Shown here in pieces: positions 50,955 to 60,025 of a stretch of DNA of 64,000 bases. Below the pieces are notes generated by a model, which saw only the letters and a program-made list of their open reading frames with translations, had not been told where the DNA came from and did no database searches. Origin of the DNA: Candidatus Limiplasma stercoravium. GTDB taxonomy: Bacteria; Bacillota; Clostridia; Christensenellales; Aristaeellaceae. Within the stretch, counting starts at the first letter, position 1. Every line of letters begins with the position of its first letter. The stretch lies in assembly GCA_018715175.1 (NCBI GenBank), contig DVME01000102.1, positions 69-64,068 of the forward strand, read 5' to 3'. Both the position numbers and the translations under genes were made by a program.

Positions 50955-52267
50955 CAGTCAATATAAGGGTCTGACATACCGCGCAAACGAATGGTTAAGT
51001 GCGGCCCTTGGGCTGCAAAGAGCATTTCGACGCCGCCCGGACGTTCGCCAATAAGCTGACAGCGCACCCGCAGCATGCCTGACGAAACGCCAGCCGAGGT
51101 CAGCGTGGGTATCTGCGTGCCGCTGAACACGCCTTTTTGAACACATCCCGGCGCGCCCCAGGCAAACACGTGCACGCCATGCTTCCATTCCAGGCGCACC
51201 TCGTTTGGGCCGAAGGCGACGGCTTCCAGGCCGGAGGTGTTGGACGCCACGCGGTACGTGCCCGTCCACGCCATTCGCGCGCCCGGGTCATGGCGCACGC
51301 CGCGCACCTCAAGCGCATCCAGCCGCTCTCGCAATTGCCCCCGGCCCGCGGGCGCCTCCTCCGGCTGTGAAAAGCTCTCAAAGAAGGCGTCGTAGATGCG
51401 CTGCACCCCAAAGGCGTCCAGCCGCGTATCGGCCGTGGTGCACAGCAGCAAATCACGCTGCGGCCAGGCCACGGCCAATTGACCGCCCATGCCGTACATG
51501 GCCCACCCGGATCGCGTCATCCAGAATTGCCAGCCATATCCGTGCCGCTCCTCCGGGTTGCGCTCCAAAGGCGTGTCGATGCGCCGTGTCGTCGCCAGGG
51601 ACAAATATCCTTTGTCCAGCACGCCGCGCCCGCCGTCCATGATCAACTGCGCGACTTTGCCCAAATCCTCCAACGTCATCATCAGCCCCGATCCGCCCTG
51701 CGGCGCGCCGGATGGATCGGTCAGCCATTTTTTGGGGCCCGTCGCGCCCGCCGCGTCAAAAACCCGGTTTTGCAGGAATTCCAGCAGTCCTTGCCCGCTG
51801 AGGCGCTCGCACAAAACCCCAAGCACCTGCGTGGCGGAAGTGTCGTACTGAAACAGGGTGCCCGGCTCGTGCGTGGGCGCAACCGTAAAAAACGACGCCG
51901 CCCAGCAATCGCAGGGCGCGGTTTTGTACGTGGTCGCGCGGTGGCACGTCGCCATGCGCAGCATATCGCTGATGCAAAGCCGCGTCAGCCGTTCGTCGGG
52001 GCGCGGCGGCAACAGGTCGGGAAAGTAGCGCACGATGGGATCGTCCAAACGCAGCAGCCCTTCGCCGGCCAGCATCCCGACCGCCAGGGACACCATGCTT
52101 TTGCTGACCGAATACATGCGGTGCGGCTCGCCCCTGTCGAACGGCCGCCAATCGCCCTGCGCGCGGATGTCTCCGCCTTGGCGCAGCTCAAAACCGTGCA
52201 TGCATACTTCGTCGCGCTCCAGCCGATCCACAAAGCGCAGAATTTGCCCGTCGGTCAATGCAATCAT
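50924..52267 (-). CDS. Beta-lactamase-fold serine hydrolase (possible family VIII esterase)
   Basis: SxxK motif YSVSKSM. 447 aa. ATGA-coupled to the upstream GH43 gene. Confidence 0.75.
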   Translation of the reverse strand: MIALTDGQILRFVDRLERDEVCMHGFELRQGGDIRAQGDWRPFDRGEPHRMYSVSKSMVSLAVGMLAGEGLLRLDDPIVRYFPDLLPPRPDERLTRLCISDMLRMATCHRATTYKTAPCDCWAASFFTVAPTHEPGTLFQYDTSATQVLGVLCERLSGQGLLEFLQNRVFDAAGATGPKKWLTDPSGAPQGGSGLMMTLEDLGKVAQLIMDGGRGVLDKGYLSLATTRRIDTPLERNPEERHGYGWQFWMTRSGWAMYGMGGQLAVAWPQRDLLLCTTADTRLDAFGVQRIYDAFFESFSQPEEAPAGRGQLRERLDALEVRGVRHDPGARMAWTGTYRVASNTSGLEAVAFGPNEVRLEWKHGVHVFAWGAPGCVQKGVFSGTQIPTLTSAGVSSGMLRVRCQLIGERPGGVEMLFAAQGPHLTIRLRGMSDPYIDCYDGWFCAHA

Positions 52268-54123
52268 GGCACGATTCCCTCCGTTTGAGGCGTGTAGCGA
52301 ATTCTTTCAAACGACGCTTCCGCGCCGAAGAGCGCGTACAGGCCGACCATCGCGCCGGTGAAGCGCTTGCCAATGGCGACGCCTTCGTCGCTGAGGTAAG
52401 CGGTATCCTCAACGCGGCACAAAAGCTGCTCTGGCGCGCCTGCCTGCGCAAAGGACAGCCAGCGGCATAACCCCCTAGCTTGAACGCTCAGCGTGATTTG
52501 ATCGCCCGGCATTGCCTTTGTTTCCACAACCGCCCGCTCGTTCGCCTCGTAGCCTGCCTGCTCGTACGCGCGCAGCCGGCAGCCTTCTGCGTTTACGCAC
52601 ACGCCCAAGGCCAAAAACGAATGCTCGTCATAATAGCAAACCACCCCGGCTTCTCCGGCGCAAGGCACGGTCAGGACGGCGTCAAAGCGGAAGGAAAAAG
52701 CCGTCTGCCGCCGCAACAAAAGGCTGGTGCAGCGCCGGTCTGCTAGCGCAAACGCGCCGCCCAACAAAACCAGCCGCTCCCCTTCCCAACGAATTTCCCC
52801 ATCTTTGGGTGCTCTGGGGGTCAGCCAGTCCGTGGGGCCCGGCGCTTTGACGCTTGGCAGCGGAAGCGGCCTCATGGACGAAGGCCCGTCCAACAGAGGC
52901 CAACCGTCCGGCGTCCAGCGCAGTTCGTCCAGGGCGGTTTCGCGGCCTAGCACCGTATGCTTGCCCTCCAAAGCCCGGCCACACAAATAGGGCATGAACC
53001 ACCTTCCGTCCGCCAGCATGACGGGCTTCCCATGTCCGCAGCGCTGGATGAGCGCGCGCTCATCCGTCTGGCGAATCGCCGGCCCGTAGGGGCTCTTTTG
53101 ATAGGGGCCCCACAGCGTGCGCGAGCGCGCGACGGTTTCCCGGTGTCCCATGCCCGTGCCGCCTTCGGCCAGAAACAGATAATACCAGCCGTCCTTTTTG
53201 ACCAGGTGCGGGCCTTCCGGCGACCGTCCGTAGCTTCCGTAATACAACAGCTTGGGCCGGCCCATTGGCGTCAGCGTGCGCAGATCCATTTCCATGAGGC
53301 GCGCGCCGCGGTTAACCAGCAGGTAATGCCGGCCGTCATCGTCGTGAAACAGCGACGGATCAATGCCTTCCTCGTGAAAGAACACCGGCTTGGTATACGG
53401 CCCTTCCGGTCTGGCGGCGCTGACGATCATCTGCCGGCGGCGAATGGGGCCCTCATCATTGTGGCGGTAGGTGGCGCAAATGTAAAACCGGCCGTCCGCG
53501 TAGGAAATGTCCGGGGCCCAGTATCCGCGTCCGCCTTCCAAGCCCTCCAGCTCCGCCCAGTCGGGATTCTCGATGGCGTGGCCGATCAGCCGCCAATGCA
53601 CCAAATCGCGCGAATGGCTGACGGGGATGCAGGGAAAGTAGACGAAGGTGGAATGCACCATGTAGAAATCCTCGCCGACGCGAACGATGGAAGGATCCGG
53701 ATACATGCCCCGCAGCACGGGATTTTTGTACATGCTTTCCAGCGGCGCCCCGACGAGCGATTGAAAATACGCCTCCAGCGCGGCATGCCCGCCCATGCGC
53801 GACAGCTCGTAGGGCGTCAGGCCGTCCGCGTCCGCACGCAGGGGATCCAAACCGCCGCGTTCGACGAGATAGCGGCATTTTTCGACGTCGCCGCTTTGCG
53901 CTGCGTAATGCAGAAGATCCCGCCCACGACGGTCTACGGCGTTGAGATGAACGCGCAGGGCGTATTCCACCAGGTAGCGCAGCGTCTCCAGGCTGGCGTC
54001 GCGGGCCGCGGCGTGGCTGAGGGGTTCGTCGTCGCCTGCCTCAATCAGCGCGGGATCGTCCGTCAGCAGGCGCTTTACGGCGTCCAGGTCGCCCCGCACA
54101 AGGGCCTCATGCAAATCCTTCAT
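52264..54123 (-). CDS. GH43 glycoside hydrolase with N-terminal ankyrin repeats
   Basis: Starts MKDLHEALVRGDLDAVKRLL. ANK-like repeats (GRDLLHYAAQSGDVEKCRYLVERGGLDP and DGLTPYELSRMGGHAALEAY). GH43 blocks NPVLRGMYPDPSIVRVGEDFYMV and GPHLVKKDGWYYLF. The listed 873-aa ORF overextends into the upstream gene. Confidence 0.8.
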   Translation of the reverse strand: MKDLHEALVRGDLDAVKRLLTDDPALIEAGDDEPLSHAAARDASLETLRYLVEYALRVHLNAVDRRGRDLLHYAAQSGDVEKCRYLVERGGLDPLRADADGLTPYELSRMGGHAALEAYFQSLVGAPLESMYKNPVLRGMYPDPSIVRVGEDFYMVHSTFVYFPCIPVSHSRDLVHWRLIGHAIENPDWAELEGLEGGRGYWAPDISYADGRFYICATYRHNDEGPIRRRQMIVSAARPEGPYTKPVFFHEEGIDPSLFHDDDGRHYLLVNRGARLMEMDLRTLTPMGRPKLLYYGSYGRSPEGPHLVKKDGWYYLFLAEGGTGMGHRETVARSRTLWGPYQKSPYGPAIRQTDERALIQRCGHGKPVMLADGRWFMPYLCGRALEGKHTVLGRETALDELRWTPDGWPLLDGPSSMRPLPLPSVKAPGPTDWLTPRAPKDGEIRWEGERLVLLGGAFALADRRCTSLLLRRQTAFSFRFDAVLTVPCAGEAGVVCYYDEHSFLALGVCVNAEGCRLRAYEQAGYEANERAVVETKAMPGDQITLSVQARGLCRWLSFAQAGAPEQLLCRVEDTAYLSDEGVAIGKRFTGAMVGLYALFGAEASFERIRYTPQTEGIVP

Positions 54124-55631
54124 AGCGCCTCCACGCGAAAGTCTGCGAAGTCGGCGTAACCTTCGTTCTCCTGCGCAAGCGACATGCAAAACAGCGCCGT
54201 GCGAGCGCCGACCCAGGTATGCCGGCCCGGGGCGTATACCGGCCCCACCTGCGCAAAGCGCACGCCGTCCATGCTCATAGAAAACTGCGCAAGCGCGGTG
54301 TTGAGGCCGGTTTGATTCACCGTCAGGCGAAGCCACTGCACGGGCGTTTCCTGGCAGCTCGTCACTCTTTCCTGGTCTGCGTCGCCAGAACCGCTCAGGA
54401 GCCAAAGCCCGTCCTCCCGCCGCTCCAGGCAGACGAAGGCGTACCCGTCGCCCAAAAGCGCCAGCCCCGCCCGCTGCGACAGCGCCAAACCGCCGGCGTC
54501 TACGCGAACCGTCGCGGAAAACGAGGGACAGACCAGTTTTTGGCTCAGAACCTGGGGGCATTGCCAAAGCGTCTCTCCGGTTGGAAACGCGCGCAGCCGC
54601 AGCCAGCCGGGGCGCTGTGCAACCGTCGCGGCGCCCGGCGGCGGATTGCCCATAAACTGCCATTGCAGCCCGAGACGTGAAAAATCGTCCGAGGCTTGCA
54701 GGGAGCGCATGGGGCTTGTGGGGAGCGAAGGCTTGGCATGCCGCAAGCAGGGCTGTCCGCCCGCTCCCATTTCCGGCCAGCCGTCTTCGAGCCAGCGCAT
54801 GGGTTGCAAATGCAAAACGCGGCCATACAGCCCTAAGGATTGAAAATGCAAAAACCAGCTCTCGCCGCGCTGCGTTTCCACCCAAGCGCCCTGGTGCGGT
54901 CCGTTGACAGGCGTATCGCCCTGGCGAAGCGTTACGCGCTCCTCAAAGGGCCCAAGCAGCCTGCGCGAACGCAGCACCGTCTGCCAGCCGTGTTCCACGC
55001 CGCCGGCCGGCGCAAAGATGTAGTACCAGCCTTCGCGTTTGTAAGCCTTGGGGCCTTCGATGGTGGGCTGGGTTGCGCGCCCGTCGTAGAGGATATGATC
55101 CTCCCCGATCGCTTTCGTCCCGTCTGGGCTCATGGGGAAAATGCCAAGCGCGCTTTTGAACCCAATGCGGCTTCTGGCATAGCCATGCACCACCCAGGCG
55201 GAGCCGTCGTCATCCCAGAAAGGACAGGGATCAATCAGTCCCTTCCCGGGAAGCACGCAGACAGGCTTCTCCCATTTTCCCAACGCATTGCGCGCTCGCA
55301 CGCAAAAGATGCCCTCGTCGGGCATGCCAAAAAACACATAGAACCAGCCCTCGTGATAGCGAAGGCTGGGCGCCCAAACGCCTTGCGCGTGCTGCGGCAC
55401 ACGGTAGCGAGGCAGCGGGATTTCCTCCAGGGCGTAATTGGACAGCGTCCAGTTGACCAAATCGCGCGAGGTCAGAATGGGAAGGCCGGGCACATAGTTG
55501 AACGAAGAAGCCGTCAGGTAATACGTGTCGCCCACGCGAATGACGTCCGGGTCGGAGTAATCACAATGGAGAACGGGGTTTACATACGTCCCGTCCCCCT
55601 GGTCGGAAAGCCACAGCCTGTCTGTCTTCAT
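54120..55631 (-). CDS. GH43 glycoside hydrolase (beta-xylosidase/alpha-L-arabinofuranosidase type) with C-terminal beta-sandwich
   Basis: Blocks NPVLHCDYSDPDVIRVGDTYYLT, WAPSLRYHEGWFYVFF and GPKAYKREGWYYIF. Starts MKTDRLW. Confidence 0.85.
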   Translation of the reverse strand: MKTDRLWLSDQGDGTYVNPVLHCDYSDPDVIRVGDTYYLTASSFNYVPGLPILTSRDLVNWTLSNYALEEIPLPRYRVPQHAQGVWAPSLRYHEGWFYVFFGMPDEGIFCVRARNALGKWEKPVCVLPGKGLIDPCPFWDDDGSAWVVHGYARSRIGFKSALGIFPMSPDGTKAIGEDHILYDGRATQPTIEGPKAYKREGWYYIFAPAGGVEHGWQTVLRSRRLLGPFEERVTLRQGDTPVNGPHQGAWVETQRGESWFLHFQSLGLYGRVLHLQPMRWLEDGWPEMGAGGQPCLRHAKPSLPTSPMRSLQASDDFSRLGLQWQFMGNPPPGAATVAQRPGWLRLRAFPTGETLWQCPQVLSQKLVCPSFSATVRVDAGGLALSQRAGLALLGDGYAFVCLERREDGLWLLSGSGDADQERVTSCQETPVQWLRLTVNQTGLNTALAQFSMSMDGVRFAQVGPVYAPGRHTWVGARTALFCMSLAQENEGYADFADFRVEAL

Positions 55632-56338
55632 CGCATTCCCTCGCCGCGCCATTGGTCGTAGCCTTCAAAGAGCAACGCCGCATATTCCCCGCCCAGCGCA
55701 TGCAAGCCCTGCGCAATCAGTCCGCCAAACGCCAACGCTCCCTTGGGCGAAAGGTGCGTGTTATCGCAAAGGCCCTCGGGAAACGCCGGGTAAACGCCGC
55801 GCGGCAGGTTCATGTAATAGGAGCGGCTTTCCTCCTCAGGAATCGCATCCACCAGCTCCTCGCTCATCCGGCAAAGATCCACCAGCGCCGCCTTCAGCCG
55901 CGCGGCCGTCTCGCGCACGGCCTGCGCATGCTGGTCATGGCGAAAAGGCGCGTTTGGGTCGCGCCACAGCCGCCGCGTCAGCGGCGTAATCAACACCGGA
56001 TACGCGCCTTTGTTGCGCGCCGCATTGACAAAGCGCTCCAGGTTTTCGCTGTATTCGCCAAAGGGCGCGGCATAACGGGCGGGATCGTCCTGTTTTTCGT
56101 CGTTGTGTCCAAATTGCACAAACAGGAAATCCCCCCGCGTCATGCGGTCATAGATGGGCATCAAAAGCCCTTCGTCCAAAAAGCTCTTGGTGCTGCGGCC
56201 GTTTCGGGCATGATTTTCGATGCGCACCCCGTCGCGCTTCACATAGCGGTCAAACACCTGGCCGATTCCCGTTTGGGGATAGGTAAGGATGCTATTGGTC
56301 TGCACGGTCGAGTCGCCCGCCCAGAAGATCGTCGTCAT
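55628..56338 (-). CDS. SGNH/GDSL esterase, rhamnogalacturonan acetylesterase-like (CE12)
   Basis: Block I FWAGDST, block II NGRSTKSF, block III FGHNDE, block V DNTHLS. Starts MTTIFWAGDS. Confidence 0.8.
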   Translation of the reverse strand: MTTIFWAGDSTVQTNSILTYPQTGIGQVFDRYVKRDGVRIENHARNGRSTKSFLDEGLLMPIYDRMTRGDFLFVQFGHNDEKQDDPARYAAPFGEYSENLERFVNAARNKGAYPVLITPLTRRLWRDPNAPFRHDQHAQAVRETAARLKAALVDLCRMSEELVDAIPEEESRSYYMNLPRGVYPAFPEGLCDNTHLSPKGALAFGGLIAQGLHALGGEYAALLFEGYDQWRGEGMR

Positions 56339-56343
56339 GCCGG

Positions 56344-57216
56344 TTACTCCTTCACCGCGCCAATGTTGATCCCCTTGACGAAATACTTTTGCAAAAAGGG
56401 ATAGAGAATCATAAAGGGCAGGATGGCCACGATGACCGCGGCATTTTGCACCGTGTTTTCGGTTGCGCCGCCAATGGCCTGAGGCAAATCCGAGCCCATC
56501 ATGATGGAGCGCAGTTTCATTTGGAAATTGTACATGGTTTCTTTGGTAATGTAAAGCTTGTAATTGGTATAATCGTTCCAATAGGCCACCGCAAACATCA
56601 ATCCGATGGAGGCCAACGCCGCCTTGGACAGAGGCAGCACGATGCGCAGGAAGGTCTGCATGGGCGTACAGCCGTCCAGCGTGGCGCTTTCAAAAAGGCT
56701 CACGGGGATGCCTTCAAAGAAGTTGCGCATAAGCACGAGGTTGTAAACGTTAATGGCCGGCAGGAGGATAACGCCCCACAGCGAGTTGGTCAGGCCGAGG
56801 TTTCGCATGACGATATAGGAGGGAATCATGCCTCCTTCAAAAATCATGGTAAACAGCAGAGCTCCGGCCAGAAAGTTGCGCCCCGGCATATCGAACTGGA
56901 TCAGCACGTACGCGCCCAGGGTGGAAAGCATCAGGCCGAAAAACGTGCCGCCCACGGTTGTGAGAATGCTGTTCATCAGCGGTTTGTAGAGCGTGGGATT
57001 GGTAAATACCGATATATACCCAGCCAGTCCGAAGCGCTCCGGCCAAAGCTTCATGCCATAGCCGGTGGTCAGGTCAAAAGAGTCCACCAGCACCTTCCAG
57101 ATGGGGATCAGGATAATAAAGCATACCAGCAGGAAAAAAAGTCCATTGATGATGGAAAAGGCGCCGAACTTGCGTTTGCGGCGTTGGAAAGCGATACCGG
57201 CTTGTACCTGGGCCAT
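56344..57216 (-). CDS. Carbohydrate ABC transporter permease (LplC-like)
   Basis: Starts MAQVQAGIAFQRRKRKFG after AAGGAGG. Six TM segments. EAA-like loop ESATLDGCTPMQTFLRIVLP. Confidence 0.85.
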   Translation of the reverse strand: MAQVQAGIAFQRRKRKFGAFSIINGLFFLLVCFIILIPIWKVLVDSFDLTTGYGMKLWPERFGLAGYISVFTNPTLYKPLMNSILTTVGGTFFGLMLSTLGAYVLIQFDMPGRNFLAGALLFTMIFEGGMIPSYIVMRNLGLTNSLWGVILLPAINVYNLVLMRNFFEGIPVSLFESATLDGCTPMQTFLRIVLPLSKAALASIGLMFAVAYWNDYTNYKLYITKETMYNFQMKLRSIMMGSDLPQAIGGATENTVQNAAVIVAILPFMILYPFLQKYFVKGINIGAVKE

Positions 57217-57233
57217 GTTTGCCGCCTCCTTGC

Positions 57234-58175
57234 TTAAACGATACCGCGTCCGCGGACTTTTTTGCTTGCGAAGTTGCACGCCAGCACCAGCACCATGCCC
57301 ACCACAGAGCGAAACAGGCCGATGGCCGTGGTGTAGCCGTAATTGGGGATGCCGCCGCTGTTAAAGGTTTGGTAGTAGACGTAGGTTTGCAGCACCTGTG
57401 CCTGATCCATCACGGCATCGTTTTGCAGCACAAACGCGCTTTCAAAAAGGTTCATAACCTTTGCCAGGTTGAGAATAAGGACGGTAATAATGGTATTGGC
57501 CAGTGACGGCATGGTGATATACCACATCTTTTTCCACCGGCCTGCGCCGTCGATGGAGGCCGCCTCGTAGATGCCGGGGTCGATGCCCGTCAGCGTCGCC
57601 ATAAAAATGATGGTGCCCCACCCCGTATCGCGCCAGACGTTGATAATATAATAGGCTGTGCGCCACCATTTGGAATCGCCCAGAAAATAAATATTGGTTT
57701 CAATCACGCCCAGCTTGAGGAGGATTTGGTTAACCAGGCCTGCCGTCGTGGGCGATAAAATCAGCTGAAAAACGGAGGCCGTCACCACCCAGGACATGAA
57801 GTGTGGCAGGTAGATGACGGTTTGGGCAAGCTTTTTGACGCGCAGGTTGACCATTTCGTTGAGCAGCAGCGAAAGGATCACCGCGGCAAAGGTATTTAGG
57901 AGGAGCTTGACGATGCTCAGTTCCAAAGTATTGGAAAACGCCGTCCAAAAATTGGGCATGGAAAACAGGCGCTTAAAGTTGTCCATTCCCACCCAGACGG
58001 GATCGGTAATGATTTTGTAGTTGGTAAAGGAATACAGTATGCCAAACATCGGCAGGTAATGAAACACGACGGCAAACGCCGCCACGGGCAAAAATAGCAG
58101 ATAGAACCAGCGATATTTATAAATGCGCGCTTTCAGGGGCGCTTTGTGGACGACGACCTTCGCGGCAGTTTCCAT
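57234..58175 (-). CDS. Carbohydrate ABC transporter permease (LplB-like)
   Basis: Starts METAAKVV after GGAGG. Blocks YKYRWFYLLFLPVAAFAVVFHYLPMFGI and EAASIDGAGRWKKMWYITMP. Confidence 0.85.
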   Translation of the reverse strand: METAAKVVVHKAPLKARIYKYRWFYLLFLPVAAFAVVFHYLPMFGILYSFTNYKIITDPVWVGMDNFKRLFSMPNFWTAFSNTLELSIVKLLLNTFAAVILSLLLNEMVNLRVKKLAQTVIYLPHFMSWVVTASVFQLILSPTTAGLVNQILLKLGVIETNIYFLGDSKWWRTAYYIINVWRDTGWGTIIFMATLTGIDPGIYEAASIDGAGRWKKMWYITMPSLANTIITVLILNLAKVMNLFESAFVLQNDAVMDQAQVLQTYVYYQTFNSGGIPNYGYTTAIGLFRSVVGMVLVLACNFASKKVRGRGIV

Positions 58176-58251
58176 GTCATAACCTCCCAATGATTCGCAG
58201 CGCGATCCGCCTAAGATGAGGGCGGCCCAAGGGCCGCCCTCAAGGGCAGAA

Positions 58252-59763
58252 TTAGTTGGTTGCGTTGAGGCTTGCCACAATAATGTCGGACCATTCCTTG
58301 CCGCCGTCTGCTTCAAAGCGGGCCATGGCGTCCTCGTAAGACAGCTCACCCATGGTGACCTTGGCGATCAGTTCGTTTTTGAGGGTGGTCAGATCGCCGT
58401 TGTACATGCTCATTTCCTCCGTAGAGGGAACGATTTGGGCCAGCTTGGAGTGGGTGTTGAATACCTCGGCGGAGAGGCGGGCTTCCGGCTTGACGCTTTC
58501 TTCCTGCGGGTCGTAGTAGCCTTCGGCAAAGGTGGCCAGCGCAAGCATGGGGTCAATGTGGTTCTTGGTATAGGCGGTTCCGGGAGTCTCCAGGTTCTCC
58601 AGCATGTGGAACTCGCCCTCGGCGTAGGTCACTTCGGCGTCGGTGCCGGCGAAGAGCGTTTCGGCCGCGGTGCTCCAATGCGTTCCTTCGGCGCCGTAGG
58701 TCCACAGCATCTGCATATCGCCGCCGTCGAGCATGGTGTCGATGAAGTACTTGAACACGCCTTCGGGATTCTCGCACGCGGAGGTAATGGCCCATACCGG
58801 CGGCACACGGTCAAAGTAAGCGTCCACTTCCGCGATGGGCTCCAGGGCCACCAGCTCGCCGCTGAGACCGTTGTTTTCCAGGTTGGTCTTGAGGTTGGTG
58901 CCCCAGGTGCCGGCCCAGTAGGTGAACACGCCGAAACCGTCGTCATAGAACTTGTTGCGGCAATCCTTGGTGCCGTTGGTCAGCGTGGTGGGATCAATCC
59001 AGCCCTTGCTGTAGGCTTCGGCCAGGCGCTCCAGCGCGCCCTTCATGCTTTCCTGGGTGAAGCCGTCAATCCAAGTGCCGTCTTCCAGCTGCACAAACGA
59101 GGGATACGCATCCTGGTAAAACTCCGGCAGGTAATTGGTAAAAGGCGCTTCTGTTCCGATGAAACCGGCGGCGGATACGCCAAAGGTGTCGTCCACGCCG
59201 TTTCCATCGGGATCCTGGGTCACGAAAGCGTCCAGCATCGCGGTATATTCTTCATAGTTTGTAGGCGCATCCATGTCCACAGCGTCCAGCCACGCCTGCT
59301 TGACATAGGTCAAACAACCATTGCCGCGCGTGGGCGCAAAGCCGTACAGCCGCCCGTCGATCTTGAGGCCCTCGATGACGCTGTCGCCAATAAAGCGGCC
59401 GCTGTTTTTGGTCGCGCTGTTTTCCCAGGCGTCGGTCATATCCCACAGCACGCCTTCGGAGGCATAGGCGGAATAATAAGTGGAGGAAAGGATCAGCACG
59501 TCGGGCCAATCGCCGGAGCTGATGGTTTGCTGAAGCACGTCGTAATAGGCGTCATGATCCGGCTGGGTAATTTCCAGCTTGATGCCGGTCAGTTCTTCCC
59601 AACGGGCCACGAACTGCGCCTGGCCGTTTTCGCTGGTAACAACGGTACCGTCAATGAAGATGGAAATCTTTTCGGGTTTGGCGACTTCCTCGGCGGATGC
59701 GTTTACAACCGCCAGCGTCGCCAACAGGGTAAGCGCGAGCACCAGAGCCAAAAGCTTCTTCAT
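58252..59763 (-). CDS. Extracellular solute-binding protein (large LplA-like family 1 SBP)
   Basis: Starts MKKLLALVLALTLLATLAVVNASA (signal peptide). About 500 aa, Trp/Tyr/Asp-rich, typical of oligosaccharide-binding proteins. Confidence 0.85.
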   Translation of the reverse strand: MKKLLALVLALTLLATLAVVNASAEEVAKPEKISIFIDGTVVTSENGQAQFVARWEELTGIKLEITQPDHDAYYDVLQQTISSGDWPDVLILSSTYYSAYASEGVLWDMTDAWENSATKNSGRFIGDSVIEGLKIDGRLYGFAPTRGNGCLTYVKQAWLDAVDMDAPTNYEEYTAMLDAFVTQDPDGNGVDDTFGVSAAGFIGTEAPFTNYLPEFYQDAYPSFVQLEDGTWIDGFTQESMKGALERLAEAYSKGWIDPTTLTNGTKDCRNKFYDDGFGVFTYWAGTWGTNLKTNLENNGLSGELVALEPIAEVDAYFDRVPPVWAITSACENPEGVFKYFIDTMLDGGDMQMLWTYGAEGTHWSTAAETLFAGTDAEVTYAEGEFHMLENLETPGTAYTKNHIDPMLALATFAEGYYDPQEESVKPEARLSAEVFNTHSKLAQIVPSTEEMSMYNGDLTTLKNELIAKVTMGELSYEDAMARFEADGGKEWSDIIVASLNATN

Positions 59764-59835
59764 GTTGGAGACCTTCCTTTCTTTCATTCGTCCAGCTTGT
59801 CAACGCGGATGCGTTTCTGTGTCTGCATCGTACCA

Positions 59836-59849
59836 TGTAAGCATTTACA
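59836..59849 (-). promoter_or_regulatory. cre-like site TGTAAGCATTTACA in the leader of the SBP operon
   Basis: It lies within the palindrome CATGTAAGCATTTACATG, about 75 nt upstream of the SBP start. It shares the pattern TGTAAGCnnTTACA with 49397..49410. Confidence 0.4.
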
Positions 59850-59940
59850 TGACAAGAAACACTTTTTGAAACCGCGAACAAATCTTACGATTTCGAGCCT
59901 TTCAAGCGGTCAAAATTTGTTCCTTGACAAGCCTTATCCC

Positions 59941-59968
59941 TTGTAATTCTTCAATTATCTGTTAAAAT
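59941..59968 (+). promoter_or_regulatory. Candidate promoter of the AraC-family regulator (TTGTAA-16-TAAAAT)
   Basis: TTGTAA at 59941..59946 and TAAAAT at 59963..59968. Confidence 0.45.
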
Positions 59969-60025
59969 GAGAGTAGAGAGACAGGATTTTTGCCTGCGCT
60001 TTAGCAAGGACAAGGAGGCGTCGCC

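Noticed and set aside
54124-54885. The N-terminal extension of the listed 873-aa ORF (and similar extensions at 27600..28145, 31689..31925, 56339..56581 and 58176..58349).
   Set aside because: The extensions overlap the upstream genes out of frame and are Arg/Ala/Gly-rich. Internal ATGs with a GGAGG RBS or ATGA coupling give proteins that start where the homologous families start.
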